64,000 bases of DNA from Antedon mediterranea (lineage: Eukaryota > Animalia > Echinodermata): the NCBI RefSeq assembly GCF_964355755.1, contig NC_092673.1, forward strand, positions 30,811,648 through 30,875,647, read 5' to 3'. The notes beneath the pieces were generated by a model that worked only from the letters and a program-made list of their open reading frames with translations, was not told where the DNA came from and did not search any database. Within the stretch, counting starts at the first letter, position 1. Each line of letters starts with the position of its first letter. Of this stretch, positions 27,685 to 39,930 are shown piece after piece. Position numbers and translations under genes: made by a program.

Positions 27685-28262
27685 TTTTTTTTATATTTTT
27701 CTTTATTAAACCTTATTTAATGAGTGTAACACTAAACAGCATATGCTGACAGTCAAGGGGCCTCATATAAACATTATATAAAACATACATAAACAAAAAA
27801 CCGGATGAACTATGTTCTTTAACTTTTGGAGTTAAAATGTGTTTAGAGCAGACTTAAAATTGTTTATTGATACCGCATTTCTTAGTTTGGAGGGTAGCAT
27901 ATTCAGGTATGTTGGTGCTCTACAGATAAAGCTGTTCTTAAAAGTTTCGGTTTTTTAGGGAAAGGGACGACAAATTTCCTCTCACTGACAATTCGGGTAC
28001 ATCGATGATTTGGAATTCTGGCAAGACGCAGGGCAAGGTATTCCGGAGCAATACCATTTGCAGATCTGTAGGCGAGGCAGCCCAGTTGTAGAACATGCAA
28101 TCTTGGACTGTATGAAGATTTAAAGTGTTGTAAATATTTAGTTAGTTCGTGGTGTGAGAGGATGAGCTTTAAGGATGATGCGAAATGCTCTATTTTGCAT
28201 AGTCTGTATTTGGTCAATATTAGCTTCAGATCTGGTTCCCCAAATACTACAGCAATAGTTTT
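27685..28262 (-). mobile_element. 5'-truncated LINE 3' end
   Basis: YCCSIWG, YRSANGIAPEYL, VPFPKKPK, WNxLP-type C-terminus and an A-rich tail at ~27685. Confidence 0.75.
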
Positions 28263-28415
28263 TTTGTGTTATAGAGGAGTATCATGTATGTATGTTTATT
28301 AATGAAATGACGAGCACGTGATAATATGAATAAATAGAAACACAATGTAACTTCTATTAAATATACATGTACATACTTATGTTGTTTCAATACACAGGTG
28401 CCAAGGAACTTGGTG

Positions 28416-30575
28416 ATGGCCACGTATCATTCTGAAAATGAAAGCAATGTTGAGGATGAACCACCAGTAAAGCGATCAAAACATCTACATTTTGTGAGAC
28501 CTCAGAATAGTGAAGCTGATGCAGATTCAGAAGGTGATTATTATTTAAATGCTCTTAATTCATATAGTCTATCATTTTCAATGAAACACAACATTAAAAA
28601 CTGTCTTATGTAAACACTACATTTTATTTTTAAAATGTTATTTTCTTTATCATATTTTATTGGCAACAATTCAGATAGTAAACAGCTTTTCACGATCTCC
28701 ATTTGGCGTTACAACTCTGTTGATCCCCGTAACTTTAACGATTGACAATAAAAAATGTCCGGAAATCATGATTTTCTATCCCTCAACTTTTCTATCCTTT
28801 CAGCTTTTTTTAAACAAGTTTTTTTTTTTATTAATAAGTAATTAATTAAAAGTAATGAAAACATTATTTGCAGGCGGTTTCCAAACGAAGGTTCTCTTAA
28901 AACTGGATGAGTTGAGAGAAACCCAAATTGAAGTTAAGCAAATTTTGAAAAAATCAATAACTAGCGGGAGCAGGAGCGAAGGACCAGTAGTCACAGATTC
29001 AGAACAGTTAGATGCCAATAATCAATGTATTCCTCGACAATACGACGAGATGGCAGATTCTAAAGTTTACGATATCAAAAACTTAAAATATAAACTCAGT
29101 AAAGTGTATGAAGGCACTGAAAGGTACTGTTGGTTACGATTATGTTTATTCGAACGCTTAAGTGTGGGTGATATTACAAATCCAGATTTTAATGGAAACG
29201 ATTTATTTAATGCACTTCAAGACAAGGGTTTAATTGAACCAACCAATGTTAATATTCTCCTAGAGTTAACGGAGCTAACAGAAATAAAAGATGCTGAGAA
29301 TCTTGTTAAAAAATACATAAATGACAACAACCTTCCGAAAACAGATGAATCAAAGTTGTCCTTATTCAGGAAACGATTGTTCAAAGCCATGAGAGAAGTT
29401 CAACCAGATGCATTGAGAGATCTTATCGCTTACTACGAAATAAGACAGCATGGCTATAAGAATATCTGGGACGTGGTTCTGAAGCTGGAGATCGATAGAG
29501 TTCTAGAAAATAAACCAGACAAGATAGAAAGGTTTGCGAATTGTCTGGGACCAGCGGTGAAAAACATCCTGATTGTTAAGGGTATGTACATTATATCATA
29601 AAATAAGCTAGTCTGTTTTTTAAAGTAATAAGCCTATTATTATTCTCGATTAGAACTATCTAATTTGTATTATTATTATTGAAGAATGTTCCCTTTAAAC
29701 GATTTAATGTAATTTATTTAAGTTAATTTGAATCACTAAGTTGATAATAACTGGCTACTTTTTCATTTTAGACAATACTGTTAACAACGTATCATTGAGC
29801 AACCAATCCGAATCAAGTGAAGGTAAAATTTATATAATTTTTAATAGATGAAATTAAAGTAGAAAAACAAGATGATACGGAATGATTATGATCATAATGA
29901 TGATATAGACGGTAAATAAAGATGTTAAGCTTTTTATACTTCATAAAGGTGTAATTGAATTTGTAGTTTTGCAGTACCATTGATCATGATTTGAATAAAA
30001 ATGTTTATTATACTGACTTTTGTGTTTTTCTTCAATCCGTAGGAACAAATCTCTCGAATGGTGATTTTGATCAGTTAATCAAGGACTTTGCAGAATGGTA
30101 CGATAAGCACCGCCTCCTAAACCAGCTAAAAGTTCTTTTCTTATATATTTTAGATAACGTCCAAGCGTTGAAAGGGGTTACCAGAACATCCCACCTGTTA
30201 GATCTTTTAAGGGCGTCTGGACTATTGAGTCAAACAAATATTTCCATCCTGTATGACATTTTAAAAGTAACTAACCAACTTGACTTCAAACCATCGCTTT
30301 TCAAAGATATCAAATACCATCATTCATTATCATTTGAACCACACACAATAACGATTTTTAATCTGGGAAAGGATCTTAGTGATTCAGATGTAAAATCTCT
30401 TGATGGACGATACAACTTCCCTGACCTTAAGAAGTATGCAGACAGCTGGAGTTTGATTTTGGATTTTGAACCGAGAGGGCTGCTGAGTGAAGACAAACTA
30501 AAAAAAGTTAAAAAGCAGATAAATAAAAGGTTGATTGATTTTTTTTTTTTTTATTTTATCATTGTTAATGTATAA
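28416..30575 (+). CDS. 4xDED protein, copy C, with extra N-terminal NLS-like/coiled-coil extension (exons 28416-28533, 28874-29581, 29772-29822, 30043-30575; 469 aa)
   Basis: Acceptor acacag|28398, donor G|gtgatt, acceptor tttgcag|, G|gtatgt, ttttag|, G|gtaaaa, ccgtag|. All phase 1; spliced 1410 nt is open. The paralogous Met (MADSK) is internal at 29050. The last ~15 codons run into a T-rich tract. Confidence 0.7.
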
Positions 30576-32548
30576 TAAACAACAAAGCGAAACTTTACTA
30601 ATTTGCACAAAAACCTCTTTAAACATTTTTTGTTGTTGAATATGCCATTTTAATGTCACATAATAATTTGCTAGAAGCAAATAAGATGCTGAAATCAGTT
30701 TATGGAAATTGTTTTATAGACCACACTCTGGCATTCTCTTTCGAGCAAGGATATGATGCTTCCAAGTTTACACGCCATGGTCTCCACCTTAACAAATATG
30801 GAACATCTACACTGATAAAGAGTATAAATAAAGTAGTGTCTATTCTCTTCCCAGTCAAGAGACAAGAGCGCACAAAATCAGCGAATGTTCGATGTCACTA
30901 CTGTAGCGAAAGTGGACATACACATAGAGTGTGTCGGCATGGAGGTCCAGTTATCTGCTGGAAATGCAGGCAGAGCGGACATAAAGCAAAGCTATGCCAA
31001 GTTCAAGACATGCGAAAGTGAGTTATTGGCAAAGAAGATATAGCCGACACAAACTTAATGGTGTTAAATGATCAAGAACGAAATGTAAATATAATCAATG
31101 TTAATGCTTCACAACCAATTACTAATGCTAAAATTAATGCTGAATGTACTTATGATAATAGTTTAAGTAATAATGTAAACCAAAGTGATTTTATGATAGA
31201 TTCAAAATTAGGTTCTGATAGTAAAAACAAGCTAAATATATTCTATTGCAATGTAAGAAGTGTTAAAAATAAGTTGTATGATATAAATTCTCGATTTAAT
31301 TCTTCATTTTATGATATTATATCTATGACAGAAACATGGCTTGACAATTCAATTAATGATAGTCAGCTGTTTAATAACGATTATATAGTTTTTAGAAAGG
31401 ATAGAAACTCACATGGTGGGGGAGTACTTATTGCTGTAAAAACATCATACCATCTGAGTGTCATGAACTAAATGATAATATACTGGAGTTATTGTGGTTA
31501 GAGTGTTACACTGGTATCTATATATAAATTTACGTAAGGGCAAAAATCGGTAAATCGCGCGTTATTTCTAGAATGTTTACTCGATGGTATATAAAGTTGG
31601 TTAGAATCTCAATACTGATTTTAACCACCTGATGAAACTCTGTTTACTAATTAAATTGAGTTAGACAATTAGTTATTGACGATTAAAACGAATTTAGGTT
31701 GAACGATTTGCCCCAAATAGGGGTGTTTTCCGACCGTAGTATACACTGTCTAATAGATGTCCTCTCAAAAAATACCTGCACACAATAATACGAGGATGCT
31801 TCGCATTTTCCTATCTCCTCCTACGATAATTGTTTTTAATAGCTGAAAACCGGTTGAACAGCTCGCGTACAGTATCATAATGTTGAAGACAGGCCGATTT
31901 TCTTAAAAAAATACTATTTTAATAGATTTAATATACGTTTATACAAATGCATTGATTTGCGATGAATGGAACATCCCAATCTCTCAGTCTGCCAGTTTGT
32001 AGGTAAATTTATGAGCCCTCCATGGTTTAACACAAGTAGGTAAATTTATGGGCCCTTTGAGAATAAACTTAAAACTGAGATTTAAGCATCGCAATACTTT
32101 GACAATATTTTAAATACTGTACGTAACAACCATTTTCGTCGCCATTTGAATCGAAATTTTCTTGCTGTGAATGTGGTTACTGTTTATTGTATTAATTAGT
32201 AATTATAAAAAAGATAAACGTCGTACTGGTGTACTTTACTATTTCAATCGACTATGACAGTGACAGTTTTAACAAAGTATTAAATCGGAAATGTTTTACT
32301 CTATTTAGTGGTATATTATTTATAGGCCTATAAAACATGAAAAAATGTTACTGAATGGATAAAGAATATATTAAAAAATTGCTCCTCTTTGTACCTATCC
32401 TCATCCCCAACCCTAATGTTAGATACAAAACACAAATTGGGGTTGTTTAAATGAGTCAAAATAAAAAATTTGGGCTCATTTTGTGACAAGTTTCTTTTCC
32501 AGAAGTAATTCCCAGGGTGCTAATTTTGGTTGACTACATAAATCATTG

Positions 32549-35500
32549 TAGTAGAGCAGTTAATGACATGAGCTGTGCATTTTATTACCAAAGCATGAAA
32601 CTTGGCACAAAGTTTCTTTAATGTATTTAGATTCAAAATATCGGGGGGTGCCAAGCGTCCAACGTCCGGTATGGCGGCCATCTTGATTTCAAAATGGCCA
32701 CCATAAAAACAAAAAATGTTCATATCTTGGCAACTATACACATTAGAGACTTAATTATGGTCTCAAATTGTTCACAAACTATATATTTCTATTTGCTCTA
32801 ATGAAAATTTTTGTCCAAAAATGACCGGAAATGACGTTTCTTTCAGTTTGCCCTTTGACCTCGTATTTGTATATCTCTGTAACTACTGGTCATTTTCAAT
32901 CGATTTTGGTGTAATTTTGTTCAGAATAAATACATTTATATTTGTAGTAATGAAACATTCTCACATAAAATGACCGGAAATACAATTTATGACCTTTGAA
33001 ATTTATTTATTGATTTTTAATTAGGTGAATATACTGTATGTGGTTTTTGTTGGTCTTTGAACTTTGACCTGATAGGCGTAATTATATTAAATGATTAATG
33101 GACTTAAATTGTATATAGTACATAAAATTGGTAAACATTGTGCTTGGTGGTACCATTAGTTCAATGATGTTGGCACCTTCTGATTCGCTAAAAGTTTTAA
33201 TAGTTTGACAGAGGAAATAACATACATGTTATGGAATACCGTAAAACCTCGAAAAGGTGATAGTATGAGCTTCTTTTCGAGATAGACTGTATTTGAATGT
33301 CAAATGAAAAGTATGATGATCGTGTTTATATCAATATATTATTAATGACCTTACAAAGAACCCTTTATATTTCAACAATCAAGCCTCAGTTATTCTACAA
33401 TTTATTGTTTTCCAAGTGGTATTTTGATTGTATCTTCTTTTTGTATGCTTCCTCGGTTAATATGGTCCTACTCCTCCTTCTTTGTCTGTATGGTCTTATA
33501 CCCCATTCTTTGTCTGTGGATGGTCTTATACCCCATTCTTTGTCTGTGGATGGTCTTATACCCCCTTCTTTGTCTGTGGATGGTCTTACACCCCCTTCTG
33601 TGCGTGTTGATGGTATTACACCCCTTTCTTTGTGTGTGGATGGTCTTACATCCCTTTCTTTGCATGTAGATGGTCTTCCACCCCTTCTTTGTCTGTGGAT
33701 GGTCCTACACTTCCTTCTTTGTCTGTGGATGGTCCTACACCCCTTCTTTGTCTGCGGATGGTCCTAAAACCCCTTCTTTGTCTGTGGATGGTCTTATACC
33801 CCCTTCTTTGTCTGTAAGTGGTCCTATACCCTTTCTTTGTCAGTGGATGGTCTTACACCCGCTTCTTTGTCTGTGGATGGTCCTACACCCCCTTCTTTGT
33901 CTGTGGATGGCCTTACACCCCTTTCTTTGTCTGTGGACGGTAGTATACCCCCTTCTGTGCCTGTTGATGGTATTACACCCTTTGTTTTGTCTGTTGATGG
34001 TATTACACCCTTTTCTTTGTCTGTTGATGGTATTACACCCTTTTCTTTGTCTGTGGATGGTATTACACCTCTTTTTTTGTGTGTGGATGGTATTACACCC
34101 CTTTTTTGTGTGTGGATGGTCTTACACCCCTTCTTTGTCTGTGGATGGTCTTACACACCCTTCTTTCTCTGTCGATGGTCTTATACACCTTCTTTGTCTG
34201 TGGATGGTCTTATACCCCCTTCTTTGTCTGTGGATGGTCCTACATCCCCTTCTTTGTCTGTGGATGGTCCTACACCCCCTTCTTTGTCTGTGGATGGTCC
34301 TACACCACCTTCTTTGTCTGTGGATGGTCTTATACCCCCTTCTTTGTCTGTGGAGGGTCCTACGCCCCCTTCTTTGTCTGTAAGTGGTTCTATACCCCCT
34401 TCTTTGTCAGTGAATGGTCTTACACCCCCTTCTTTGTCTTTGGAGGGTCCTACTCCCCCTTCTTTGTCTGTGGATGGTCTTACACCCCTTCTTTGTCTGT
34501 GGATGGTCTTACACCCCCTTCTTTGTCTGTAGATGGCCTTACACCCCTTTCTTTGTCTGTGGATGGTCTTACACCCCCTTCTTTGTCTGTGGATGGTCTT
34601 ACACCCCCTTCTTTGTCTGTGGATGGTCTTATACCCCCTTCTTTGTCTGTAAGTGGTCCTATACCCCCTTCTTTGTCAGTGGATGGTCTTACACCCCCTT
34701 CTTTGTCTGTGGAGGGTCCTACGCCCCCTTCTTTGTCTGTAGATGGCCTTACACCCCTTTCTTTGTCTGTGGATGGTCTTATACCCCCTTCTTTGTGTGT
34801 GGATGGTCTTACACCCCGTTTGTCTGTGGATGGTCTTACACCTCCTTCTTTGTCTGTGGATTGATTTATACCTCATTCTTTGTCTGTAAGTGGTCCTATA
34901 TCCCCTTCTTTGTCAGTGGATGGTCTTACACCCCCTTCTTTGTCTGTGGAGGGTCCTACGCCCCCTTCTTTGTCTGTTGATGGTCTTACACCCCCTTCTT
35001 TGTCTGTGGATGGTCTTACACCCCCTTCTTTGTCTGTGGATGGTCCTACACCCCTTCTTTGTCTGTAGATGGCCTTCCCCTTTCTTTATCTGTGGATGGT
35101 CTTATACCCCCTTCTTTGTCTGTGGATGGTTTTATACCCCCTTCTTTGTCTGTGGATGGTCTTATACCCCCTTCTTTGTCTGTGGATGGTCTTATACCCC
35201 CTTCTTTGTCTGTGGATGGTCTGGACCCACTACTTTGATTGATTAAATCAGACAATGTTTCTTGTATGATTAGGAGACCAAGACCTTCAAAGTGAAAGTC
35301 CACAGGTGGATGCCTAAAAAGGTCTTGTAGAGAACAGTATATTGTAGGTCCATGTCACTAATTTGAGGATTACTTGAATAATTATATTGAGATGTCTTTT
35401 ACGAATTGATTTGGTTCGGATTTTGCTAAAAAATCAATGACTATAGAGAAAATCGAGGAAAAGGATTCAGATGATTTACAGCAAAGGCTCATTACCATAA

Positions 35501-36365
35501 AAATTGAGTACATTTGTTTAGATGTTTAGAACTTTTCGAACGAAAGAATGCTACTTTACATCAAAAATATTTCCATGGCATCTAACAATTCAATTCAACT
35601 TTTATTTCAGACAATTGTCCATACATTACAAAAAAAAAAGAAAAGATGAAGGAGAGAGGACCAAAACTTTTATATAACGATTGACACATCACAGTTTAGC
35701 AAACAAGTCGGCATGAGCTCAGTGATTGCTGTTTCTCAGTAATCTGTCATACTTTACGCCTATCCTATCACATCAAAAGTCAAAAATTCAGAATAATAAA
35801 TTCCTGGTCATTTTTGCATTAAGTGTCATTTATTTCGGTAAAACAAATTAGGTGCATTTATACCAATGTAAACCCCATACAGTATGTTCACATAATTATA
35901 TATGTCAAAGGTTATAAATTGTATTTCCAGTCATTTTATGTGAAAATGTTTCATTACTACAAATATAAATGTCTCTATTCTGAACAAAATGACACCAAAA
36001 TCGATTGAAAATGATCAGTAGTTACTGAGATATACAGATAAGAGGTCAAAGGTCAAACTGGAAGAAACGCCATTTCCGGTCATTTTTTGACAAAACTTTT
36101 CATTAGAGCAAATAGAAATATGTGGTTTGTGAACAATTTGAGACCATAATTAAGTCTCTAATGTGTATAGTTGCCAAGATATGAACACTTTTTGTTTTTA
36201 TGGTGGCCATTTTGAAATCAAGATGGCCGCCATACCGGACGTTGGACACTTGGCACCCCCCGATATTTTGAATCTATATACATCAAAGAAACTTTGTGGC
36301 AAGTTTCATGCTTTGGTAATAAAGTGCACAACTTGGCTATTTTTATGGCCTTAACTGCTCTACTA
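32549..36365. mobile_element. Academ-like non-autonomous DNA transposon with ~450-bp TIRs
   Basis: Perfect 15-bp termini TAGTAGAGCAGTTAA/TTAACTGCTCTACTA and 3-bp TSD TTG (empty site in the 25618 copy). TIRs ~32549-33000 and ~35905-36365. TAG..CTA ends with a 3-bp TSD fit Academ. Confidence 0.75.
33470..35222. repeat. 30-bp minisatellite, about 58 units
   Basis: Consensus TCTTTGTCTGTGGATGGTCTTACACCCCCT with 29/31-bp variants. Confidence 0.97.
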
Positions 36366-39300
36366 TTGTGTCTATTTATTCGTTTCTGTAAACGACGATA
36401 TTGTAGTCCTGCGGTACATACATTTGAAATCGCCAATTTTTTGACGCTGAAATTACTATGTAGGGCCTATTCGAGAACCATCTGTGGGCACGACCTAGAT
36501 GGTACGCGAGCGAAGCGAGCGTACCATCTAGTTGGGAAAATTCTTATAGGTGTATATTACAGACCACCATCTTCCAATATTCAATACACAAATGATTTAT
36601 ACACCAATTTAGAAAAAGTACAAAGAAAAATGACTCAGTACAGATTGGTTTCGCTTATTGGTGATTTTAATATACATATTGAATGGAATGATATACAGGT
36701 AGATAAAAGTAGTAGTTTAACTAGCCTAGCTAATGGTCTATTAGATGCAACAAACTCTACTGGGTTAGTTCAAGTCTTAAAACAACCATCGTATATTACA
36801 CGTGATAGTAAAGGACATTTCTTAGATTTAGTATTTGTTTCTAATTCACTACTGATTGAAAAATGTCGAACAATTTATAATTTTGAATCATGTGATCATG
36901 AAGCAGTTGAGATCTCTGTTAAAGTGTCGTGCTAAGGACATAACTAAAACTATATGCTCTTAAAAAGGCTGATTTTTCAAAAATGCAGACTATATTAGAT
37001 AATTTTAATTGGGAGAATTGTTTTCAATTTAATGATATTAGTGATATATGGGAAAGTATTTCTAGTAGTAATATCAATTTTGCAATTTCAAAATCTCTAG
37101 TGTACCAACTAAGAAATGTAAAAAATCGAAATCTTTTCCCTGGATAACTCCAGAAATCAAAAAGCTTTGTACAAAGAAAAGAAAGTTGTACACAATTGAT
37201 AAACAAGTAGGAACTGAAGAAAGCATAAATAAATTCAAATCGTGTAGCAGGGAATTAAAAAAGTAAATTGTAGCCATCGGGATTATGTTGTAAATATTTC
37301 AAACAAAGCTACAACTGATATAAAACAATTCTGGGCGTATATAAGGTCTATAAAAAATGACTCAGATGTTATTAGATTTAAGATAAATAACACAATGGTA
37401 TCCTGATGCTAAGGTGTTGGCTAATCTTTTCAATACACAATTTGTAAACAACTTTTGCATAGATAATGATCAGCATTGTGATTTGGATACAATAGATTGT
37501 CTTACCAACTTTGAATGTGAACCCTTTGTGATGCCTGAGGTATTTTATGCCCTCTCACAGTTAAATGTATCCAAATCACCAGGACCTGATTGTTTGCTTC
37601 CAATATTCTTAAAGTCATGTAAGGCACAATTGGCTAATATTTTATGTACCTTCTTTAATTTAACTGTACAAAAAGGTATTTTACCAAAACAATGAAAGGA
37701 TGCAAATGTTGTACCTATTTTCAAAAGAAATGGAAAACCCAAAGACGAAATGAAAAGCTATCGTCCAGTGTCTTTAACTCCCATAATTTGTAAGATTATT
37801 GAGAAATTGCTTTGCTATCGTTTGAGGGAATATCTATAATATAATAATATCCTTTCAGAAAATCAGTTTGGGTTTAGACAAATGTATAGTACTGAACTTT
37901 TACTTTCAAAGGTTTTTCATTCATGGGCACAGAGCTTAGAACTTAAAGGCTGTAAAAATATTGATATTATTTTTCTTGATTTTTCGTCTGCATTTGATAA
38001 GGTGTCTCATAAAAGATTAATTAAGAAACTTAATAACTGTGGCATTGGTGGAAACACTAATGCATGGATTACAGATTTTCTTTCAAATAGACGCCAAAGG
38101 GTTATTTACAGAGGAGAACAGTCAGAGTGGGTAAATGTTACTTCAGGGCTACCACAAGGGTCAGTTTTGGGCCATCTTTTATTTTTGATTTACGTAAGTA
38201 ATATTGTAAATAATATTTCTTCTTCACTTTTTCAATTTGCTGATGATCACACATTACCACGTCCTATTTATAACAATAATGATTGTAAATTGCTTCAAAA
38301 GGATTTAGATTTAATTGCTAAATGGGCAAATGTAAACAAACTTCCCTTAAATCCTGTCAAATGCGCCGTAATGCATGTTACAAGATGTAAAGAGATAGTT
38401 AACTGCCAGGGATTATACCATAGAATCAGACAATATTCCTAAAGTTACAGAATTCAAATTTCTAGGTGTGTATGTAAATAGTTCGTTGTCTTGTCATACA
38501 CAAGTTAATTATATTATGTTGTAAAGCAAGCAGATTGCTTGGTTTCATTTCAAACTGTAGTAGAAATATGTCCTGGTTAGCTATGTTGAACTCATACAAA
38601 GCTCTATTACTTCCAGTGGTTACCTACTGTTGTTCAATGTGGGCACCATTTAAGAAATCATATATTAATAGAATAAAAAGTATACAAAGGAAAGCAACAA
38701 GGATAATAATGTTTAGAAAGGAAGGTTCCTGGGACACATCTTATTTTCATAGGTTGAAAGTGCTTGAATTATTATCTATTGATGACTTGTTTAAATTACA
38801 TTCATTAGGATTTAAGGTGTTGAAAGGTTACTGTCCCCATTCTTTCAATGAGTATATTAAAACTAGTGAAAGATGTCCTGGTAGGCGTTTACGTTGGAAT
38901 TCGAAAGGCAATACTTTTCATAATTCTGTATTTGTTTCCTTTCCTAGACTATGGGAGCAAATACCAAATGACATAAAAGATTCACAAACAATTTCAATAT
39001 TTAAGGCTGCTCTAACAAAACACTATATTTCATGTTATGTATAGTTTATTTGGTTTTATCTTAACTGTTTGTATTGTATGAAATGAGTGCAGAATCTGTT
39101 TGGGCTTTAGCCTATTCTCATTCCTGGTTATTTTTACATTGATGACCGAATAAATATTATTATTATTATCCACTCTTTGAACAAAAATTGGATCTAAACA
39201 AAATTTATTTACCTGAAAAAAACAAAAAAAATGGTAAAATTGGCTGCTAGTCAATAGATTTTTGGTTGAATTTAATCATTTATGTTATTTCATAAGTGAA

Positions 39301-39469
39301 CAATTTTTGTTTTGTTTATGTGATTAACAAAATGGCCTATTTAAAGTCTGATTTAATTAATCTTCATTTTTCATGTTTTTGGGGGACAATACATCTTTAA
39401 AAGGGAGAGGTCTTTTAACTTATTTTAAAAGGTATAATGGTCATTTCTAGTATTTTATTTTTCAACAAT

Positions 39470-39930
39470 TACTTATAATGTTATTCAAGTGTCTAAAGGA
39501 TCATGCTCCATGCTACTTATTAAACAAATTTATTTTGAATGATTGCTTGCACTCATATTGTACACGTAGTCAGCGTAATAATACACTCATTGAACCATCA
39601 TGGAAAAATACATAAGGTAAAAGAACTTTTGTATATCGATCAACCAAATTATGGAACAAACTTTTAAATGACTAACTATGTAACTTTATGACACATTCTC
39701 ACCTTTTAAAAATTCAATCCAAATTACTGATTAAGTTTACATTGAATCCCTTCCATCATTATATACTGTATGTTTTGTAGATAGTTACATTTTTTGTTAT
39801 TGTGTGTGTACTAATGTAAATTACTGTGTTAGTTGTCTTTGAATTATTTTTAATATTGTTAATGTTCTCTACTGAACCACTTTTGATTTAGCATGTCATT
39901 CAGTATATAGACAGAATAGTTAAATAAACT
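39470..39930 (+). mobile_element. LINE 3' fragment
   Basis: HAPCYLLNKF...GKRTFVYRSTKLWNKL followed by 3'UTR and AATAAA. Confidence 0.65.

Larger units (their letters stand above)
31517..36531 (+). mobile_element. Non-autonomous Helitron carrying a nested TIR element
   Basis: a|TCTATATATAAA...hairpin...CTAG|t with no TSD. Excision restores the LINE frame ECYTG-I-GKILIGVYYRPP. Confidence 0.9.
30653..39044 (+). mobile_element. CR1-group LINE (ORF1 tail: SGNH-like HGLHLN plus two CCHC knuckles; ORF2 split by a Helitron)
   Basis: CHYCSESGHTHRVC and CWKCRQSGHKAKLC; NVRS, TETWL, GGGV to 31516; resumes YRPP, GDFN, DHEAV, DFSSAFD, PQGS, FADD from 36532. Several stops and frameshifts. Confidence 0.9.

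Noticed and set aside
33297-35303. Many overlapping ORFs, and a possible CRISPR-like array
   Set aside because: Head-to-tail 30-bp minisatellite without unique spacers in eukaryotic DNA; the ORFs result from the stop-poor unit.
32520-36354. Duplicated small proteins MYSCQDMN... (32520, 36163), likewise ...GWVGLASMRTF... (46974, 52697)
   Set aside because: Mirror-image translations of terminal inverted repeats.
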